Position numbers and translations under genes: made by a program. A model generated the notes under the pieces. That model made no database searches and was not told where the DNA came from. It was given only the letters and a program-made list of their open reading frames with translations. A stretch of 11,416 nucleotides of DNA from Paramicrosporidium saccamoebae KSL3 (taxonomy: Eukaryota; Fungi; Cryptomycota): assembly GCA_002794465.1 (NCBI GenBank), contig MTSL01000052.1, positions 14,711 through 26,126 on the forward strand, read 5' to 3'. This document shows, one piece after another, positions 7,191 through 11,416 of the stretch. Positions within the stretch are counted from its first letter, which is position 1. The number at the start of each line of letters is the position of its first letter.

Positions 7191-7304
7191 CTCAACTATC
7201 CTCACATCTCGGCTATCTTCACATTTCGGCTATCTTTACATCTCAATTGCCCCACACATCTCGGCTATCCTCACATCTCAATTGCCCCCACATTACAATT
7301 ACCC
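7191..7304. repeat. 17-bp minisatellite with two interleaved unit types, about 6-7 units
   Basis: Type A GGCTATCYT-YACATYTC at 7211-7227, 7228-7244 and 7263-7279, with a partial copy at 7196-7210. Type B AATTGCCCC(A)-CACATYWC at 7245-7262 and 7280-7296, with a partial copy from 7297. Confidence 0.9.
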
Positions 7305-7383
7305 AAAAATGCAAATAAAGTTTACACTTGCAAGGTTCAATTTCCTTAACCATCTACCTCCCTCTCAAAATCCCACATATTCA

Positions 7384-7577
7384 ATGGAACCTTGGCTAAG
7401 GAAGGCAGTTCTTAATGCGGCTTTGGCTTCGACACTTATGGGAGTGACCATTTATTCATGTACCTTCATTTCGTGCTTTGATTTTTAGACTTTAATATCA
7501 TTTCTCGTGCATCTCCACCAAGCTTTAAAGATGCAAAACCATCAGCAGCAGTAGTGTTCAAGACTGAAGCTCTCTAA
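7384..7577 (+). CDS. Small single-TM protein, possibly cytochrome c oxidase assembly factor 3 (COA3/CCDC56)-like, 54 aa; join(7384..7459,7489..7577)
   Basis: Splicing a 29-nt GTA..TAG intron gives MEPWLRKAVLNAALASTLMGVTIYSYFNIISRASPPSFKDAKPSAAVVFKTEAL, ending TAA TAA with an embedded AATAAA. The pattern N..L...L.GV..Y.Y......F.D resembles Coa3. An in-frame ATG at 7309 would give 79 aa. The gene call is firmer than the product call. Confidence 0.6.
7460..7488 (+). other. Spliceosomal mini-intron, 29 nt
   Basis: GTACCTTCATTTCGTGCTTTGATTTTTAG; TTGAT branch-like site; the phase-1 join T|AC gives Tyr. Confidence 0.65.
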
Positions 7578-7677
7578 TAAAACTATAGGATTTGTGGCCA
7601 ATTGTATTGGCGGGCTTTTATCGGGGCTGTCCTTTCTGGGCGTGTTCGACCCATTCCCTCCACCCGGCTCACATATT

Positions 7678-8677
7678 ATGGCGGGCATTGCGGCAACTCG
7701 TCAACAGACAATGGCGCCTTTAAAGGTAATGGACAGTCCATGGTCCTTTGAACGGTTAGAGGATAAGTGACGCAGATGTCGAAGAGGATTGCGGGTTCAA
7801 ATTCCGCAGAGTTTCTCGGGTTTCTGTGAAAAAGGTGGTGGAGATTGACGTTCCAGTGCAAACAGAGGACGCTTCGTCGACAGCCAGCACAACAACAAAG
7901 GTCGAAAAGGAGCGACGACGTCGAAGGTCAAGTTTTGCCGCCATTGCCTCTCGAGCGCCGCCGCGTCCCTCCTCCATTTCGGTCAGTCTGTCCCAGAAAA
8001 TGCTACCAGCGTCGGTGGCGCCGTGTGATTACCACAAGCATCTGATGCCCGACCTTCCCGGTCCGATTAAAATGCGGCAGTTGTTGTTGTGGGCAGTGCA
8101 GCGGGCAGGAGCGCGACAGAAAAATCCAAAAGTACAGGGAATGGTGGAGGAGACAGTTCAGGCCCTCTTCAACAACAAAATCAACACGTCTTGGTACCAG
8201 CGGCCCGCCAGTGCAGGGACAAAGTCGGGTCCCAAGAACCAAGAATTGGCCGATTGCATTCAGCTCTATCAGCGCTACTCGGAACGGTACTCTCGTCCTT
8301 CATGCACAATTCATGCAAATAGACTGAAACAGGAACTGAACGAATGGAACCAGTTGCAACAACAGGTTACAGAGATTCCCAAAACAGATTTGGAATTCAC
8401 TTCCGAATATCCTTTGACTAATCGGCCCATCCGAGACAACTTAAAGTCACTTGGTCAGTGGTTTGATACACTGTCCTCTGCTGTATCTTTTTCCATTTGT
8501 CTAATATTCTAGTCGGATCAACTGCATTGGAATTTGTCGGTAACGACCAGTTTCGAGGAACACGCCCGGACATATTGCGAAGACGTGTTCCATCAGATCA
8601 GGGCGCGCCTGTTCGGCCAACTTCGTCCAGCGCCTATGATGCTTCTCAGGGCGCTCTCCACTGCGTCACAGAATTAA
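7678..8677 (+). CDS. DSN1: Kinetochore MIS12/MIND complex subunit Dsn1/Mis13, 299 aa; join(7678..7725,7760..8286,8323..8482,8513..8677)
   Basis: N-terminal DVEEDCGFKFRR (fungal DEDDGFxFxR motif), RRRRSSF (Aurora B-type site), YHKHLMPDLPGPIKMRQLLLWA, KNQELADCIQ..SERLKQELNEW, then SDQLH and C-terminal MLLRALS. The three introns give a 900-nt open frame. Confidence 0.82.
7726..7759 (+). other. Spliceosomal mini-intron, 34 nt (DSN1 intron 1)
   Basis: GTAATGGACAGTCCATGGTCCTTTGAACGGTTAG. The phase-0 join gives APLK|RISDADVEEDCGFKF; the branch point is weak. Confidence 0.7.
8287..8322 (+). other. Spliceosomal mini-intron, 36 nt, in frame and stop-free (DSN1 intron 2)
   Basis: GTACTCTCGTCCTTCATGCACAATTCATGCAAATAG. 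Removal restores the coiled coil YSER|LKQELNEW; the retained peptide (YSRPSCTIHANR) interrupts the helix. Confidence 0.65.
8483..8512 (+). other. Spliceosomal mini-intron, 30 nt (DSN1 intron 3)
   Basis: GTATCTTTTTCCATTTGTCTAATATTCTAG: CTAAT branch point. It links to the exon carrying the conserved LLRALS C-terminus. Confidence 0.85.
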
Positions 8678-8734
8678 TAGCTTTTCTTTGTAACAAAATG
8701 TTGCACCTTTATTACTCGCCTCTAGTCGTATGGT

Positions 8735-9376
8735 CTATAGTTTGCGTTTCTTGTTTTCGGGAGACTTTACCTGTTTGGTGGGGATTACAGGTTCCTTGAG
8801 CATTTTGTCCAAGGATCCAACAATTGTGAAAACGGGCCCTTCCAGAAGCAGCTCCAAAACCTCAAAGGTAATTTCCTGTCCATCTTCCACCAACTTTCCC
8901 GTCCGTCGACTCTCCCAACTCTGTTCCTCCTCATTCCACTTTAGCACAGCCTCCAGTTGATGGGCGTAAATTACTGCCGTAAAATAGTTTACAACGAGCA
9001 GTCCAACATGTTCCCTGCTCATTTGGTTCACCACACCCAGCAGACGCACTCCTGGTCTGGGCGTGAAGACGGTCCAGTACACCTTGACCGGCACATGGAT
9101 GCATGGATTATCAAAAAGAATGGCTGCCGAAGGTGTCCCCAGGTCTTCGGGGGGATGCACAGCTCCCGGTGTAGGCATGTATTTGGCAAGTTCTACCTTT
9201 CCATAGCAAAGCGGCACACCTTGTAGCTTTGGCGAATATTTCAAGAGACTCTGATCCAAATGACTTTTGGCCCCTTCCAGGAGATTTCCGAGGTGTGCCG
9301 GCGTTAGATGCAGAATGTGTGTTGCTACTATTTCGTCAAATACGGACTGCGCCGCACTGGGCGTCGACCCGGACAT
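8735..9376 (-). CDS. RPA43: DNA-directed RNA polymerase I subunit RPA43, 213 aa
   Basis: HLTPAHLGNLLEGAKSHLDQSLLKYSPKLQGVPLCY...ILFDNPCIHVPV...VFTPRPGVRLLGVVNQMSREHVGLLVVNYFTAVI is the Rpa43/Rpb7-like N-domain plus OB fold. The first ATG is at 9376 (the track start is TTG). Basic C-terminus KKRKL; AATAAA 21 nt after the stop. Confidence 0.9.
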   Translation of the reverse strand: MSGSTPSAAQSVFDEIVATHILHLTPAHLGNLLEGAKSHLDQSLLKYSPKLQGVPLCYGKVELAKYMPTPGAVHPPEDLGTPSAAILFDNPCIHVPVKVYWTVFTPRPGVRLLGVVNQMSREHVGLLVVNYFTAVIYAHQLEAVLKWNEEEQSWESRRTGKLVEDGQEITFEVLELLLEGPVFTIVGSLDKMLKEPVIPTKQVKSPENKKRKL

Positions 9377-9822
9377 GACCACCCCCGGATGTCGCTTTCC
9401 TGCACTCCCATTATGTGATTTGTGCAAATGTTAATAGAACAGCCGGGATGCATGGATATTAATGTGATGGTTGCGAGATTTACGTAAAGACCCTTTATTA
9501 GAGTTCCTGGCCCATAGATATTAATATGAGAATCCCACCGTAATGATCCTTTATCCCTGGGCTGTAATTTGTAGATATTAGATACAATATTAAACTAAAT
9601 AAAAAAGCAATGTCTATGAAGAGATACGACACGACGTGTCTTACTAGTGACCTAGATCGGAATCGTCAGTGGACAGTCTTGGCGATATATTATCTCACAA
9701 ATGAAAATAAATCACAGGCTTGCTAAGAGTACGGAGCTGCATTGAAAGAAAGACCCTTTACTGGAATCTCGGGCCCAGTACTCTTTCAGTGATACATAAA
9801 TGCGATCAGTAATGCCAGGGTC

Positions 9823-11416
9823 ATGAATAAATTGTTAAGTGTCCTCTTTTTCGCTCTAGCGAGCCAAGGAGCACACGCGGCTAAGCGTTCTAGCTTGGGA
9901 GAGAGTTTCAGTGAAACGAGCAATGAGGGAGGAAGTTTAGTCGCCATGCGTGAGCACAGCAATCAACTAGACTTGAAGGAGCTGGACGCTGAGCTTGGAA
10001 GAGTACTGGGAGAAGGCGTCAATGTGCATGATGCTTGGGCTATTCTGTCCGGCAGCTCAACTTTTCAAACGGATGCGGTTATCAAAGCGGACGATTTGGC
10101 ATTCGCACTTTCCCTTCCCGAGATATTTGAAGCCATGCTCAAAGACTCTGCAACAATTGTCAAGTTCATCAAGTATGATTCTGCCAAGCTAACAGAGTAT
10201 TATGTTGAGGATCTGAACGTGTTTTTTACCAAAGTACAGGACTTGGTGGCCTTCGGCTCCATTAAAATCCTGCGTCTTTTAGTAGAGAAGAATATCCCGC
10301 TAAACACTAATGATATCACTATGGAAGATGCTTGTCGGGATGTGGGAATTTTGCATTTACTGTACGAGATCGGGTATCAAGTCGTACCTGGGAAAATCAT
10401 GCTGAATTCCTTCATGGAGAAGGGAAAGCTGGCGCAGCTTGAATTCTTCTGCAAAATCGACCCGAAAAGTCTTCCAACTCGTGACAGTGTTAAAAATGCA
10501 GCCATAGCAGGACATCTGGAAGCCTTTAAATGGGGGGCAAGCAAGCTCGGAATTAAAATTTTGCCAAATGACGTCTTGGCTGAAATAGCTAAACGTGGCC
10601 ATCTAGCGGTGCTGCAATGGATGTTTGAACAGGATCAGAGACGGGAGATTCCCTGTGACGTAATAGTCAATGCTGCTTCCGAGGGACATGTGGGTATTCT
10701 AAACTGGGCATACCAAAAAGATTCAAGAATCCTACAACGTTGCAAGAGTGGTTTACATCGAATCAACGCAGCCGCCTGTGAGAGCGGGAATATTGCCGGT
10801 GTGCAATGGTTGCATGACAAGGCCTCTGCAGCACCTTTTACAACGCATCAATTGAGTAGTGCCGTGAAGCGAGGCCATTTGGAGATGCTGAAATTGGCGC
10901 AGTCAATCAATCCCGAGTCTTTTCCAACGGGCAAGGATCTTGACGATGCTGCTGGTAGGGGGCATTTGAAGATGATTGAATGGATCTATGACATAAAAAA
11001 GCTGGCTCCCACTATCTCCGGTGTGAATCAAGCAGCGAGGAACGATCAAATTGCAGTCCTCGAGTGGTTAGCATCGAAGAACGTATATCCTAATCAAGTA
11101 GCTTTTGACAGTTATGTCGAGTTTGGCGTATTGGCAGCCGTGCGCTGGATGGTACAGAAATTCCCGGCTATGGAACCATCTCCCGAGGCCATTATCAAAG
11201 CCGCAAAGACGGGTCGCGTAGGTGTCATCAGACATATTCACAAAACTAACCCACACCTCTTGAATGATCCAACATACCGGTGGGCAGAGCAAGACTGGAA
11301 ATGGAAAGAGATTGTCGACTTTTTGGCAGAAATTGGAAAGATACAAAAGCCCGAAAATGACATGGACGCCGAGTCTCATCAAGAATCTGTAATCGTTGAT
11401 GATTGCGCGTCTAAAT
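9823..11416 (+). CDS. Secreted ankyrin-repeat protein (3'-partial, at least 531 aa; not in the ORF track because it has no stop in the window)
   Basis: I translated it by hand as open from ATG 9823 (upstream in-frame TGA at 9790) to the window end. Signal peptide MNKLLSVLFFALASQGAHA (A-x-A site). About 9 clear short ankyrin-like repeats (AAIAGHLEAFKW, IAKRGHLAVLQW, AASEGHVGILNW, AVKRGHLEMLKL, AAGRGHLKMIEW, AARNDQIAVLEW...) plus about 3 degenerate ones. Confidence 0.9.
   Translation, partial: MNKLLSVLFFALASQGAHAAKRSSLGESFSETSNEGGSLVAMREHSNQLDLKELDAELGRVLGEGVNVHDAWAILSGSSTFQTDAVIKADDLAFALSLPEIFEAMLKDSATIVKFIKYDSAKLTEYYVEDLNVFFTKVQDLVAFGSIKILRLLVEKNIPLNTNDITMEDACRDVGILHLLYEIGYQVVPGKIMLNSFMEKGKLAQLEFFCKIDPKSLPTRDSVKNAAIAGHLEAFKWGASKLGIKILPNDVLAEIAKRGHLAVLQWMFEQDQRREIPCDVIVNAASEGHVGILNWAYQKDSRILQRCKSGLHRINAAACESGNIAGVQWLHDKASAAPFTTHQLSSAVKRGHLEMLKLAQSINPESFPTGKDLDDAAGRGHLKMIEWIYDIKKLAPTISGVNQAARNDQIAVLEWLASKNVYPNQVAFDSYVEFGVLAAVRWMVQKFPAMEPSPEAIIKAAKTGRVGVIRHIHKTNPHLLNDPTYRWAEQDWKWKEIVDFLAEIGKIQKPENDMDAESHQESVIVDDCASK

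Noticed and set aside
7147-7210. SECIS-like element in the ERF4-like 3'UTR
   Set aside because: There is a GTGA on the 5' side but no matching GA on the 3' arm, the AA spacing is wrong, and no in-frame TGA occurs in the upstream CDS.
7191-7304. CRISPR array or interstitial telomeric repeat
   Set aside because: The context is eukaryotic, the units are contiguous with no unique spacers, and there are no cas genes or TTAGGG-type repeats.
7607-7616. E2F-like TTGGCGGG upstream of DSN1
   Set aside because: A single short match that is expected by chance and cannot be assessed without genome-wide enrichment.
7791-7807. tRNA T-arm/B-box-like GCGGG-TTCAAAT-TCCGC
   Set aside because: No acceptor stem, D arm or anticodon arm can be built, the conserved C61 is T, and the sequence encodes the conserved CGFKF motif of DSN1.
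9610-9726. 38-codon ORF upstream of the ankyrin gene
   Set aside because: Too short, with no motif; compatible with chance, though a uORF cannot be excluded.
9741-9790. U5 snRNA (CCCTTTAC resembles loop 1 GCCTTTTAC)
   Set aside because: The motif is inexact and lies in an internal loop rather than the terminal loop, with no Sm site or second stem.
10105-10230. F-box-like start (ALSLPEIFEAML) in the ankyrin protein
   Set aside because: Only the LP-E-I part resembles an F-box; the downstream L...V.K.W pattern is absent.
142-11382. Remaining track ORFs (e.g. 142..465, 1095..1442, 2361..2588, 3151..3414, 3158..3445, 3559..3870, 4859..5314, 5382..5705, 5851..6315, 8497..8799, 10357..10602, 11068..11382)
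   Set aside because: They are antisense or alternate-frame shadows of better-supported genes, many starting at TTG/GTG/CTG, with no independent coding signal.

Overview
Gene-dense eukaryotic (fungal-like) genomic DNA. There is no sign of prokaryotic organisation, rRNA, tRNA, CRISPR or a mobile element. I can support 11 protein-coding genes: a spliced 4-TM protein with a Pro/His-rich tail (-), Elongin C (-), a second 4-TM protein (-), Mediator MED8 (+), an orphan protein (-), the DEAD-box helicase DBP5 with a GWG-repeat N-terminus (-), a Golgin A7/ERF4-family protein with an acidic tail (+), a hidden 54-aa spliced COA3-like microprotein (+), kinetochore DSN1/Mis13 (+, 4 exons), RNA polymerase I subunit RPA43 (-), and a signal-peptide-bearing ankyrin-repeat protein that runs off the right edge and is absent from the ORF track (+). 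Six inferred introns are all 29-36 nt GTA...TAG. Intergenic gaps go down to 9 bp, and AATAAA sits on or just after most stop codons. This fits a compact early-diverging fungal or Rozellomycota/pre-microsporidian genome such as Paramicrosporidium; the organism is inferred, not identified. The best leads are the candidate Argonaute-hook GW array on DBP5, the secreted short-repeat ankyrin effector candidate, the mini-intron and poly(A) architecture, and a possible antisense Arg/His-rich peptide. All translations and alignments were done by eye; no database searches were run.
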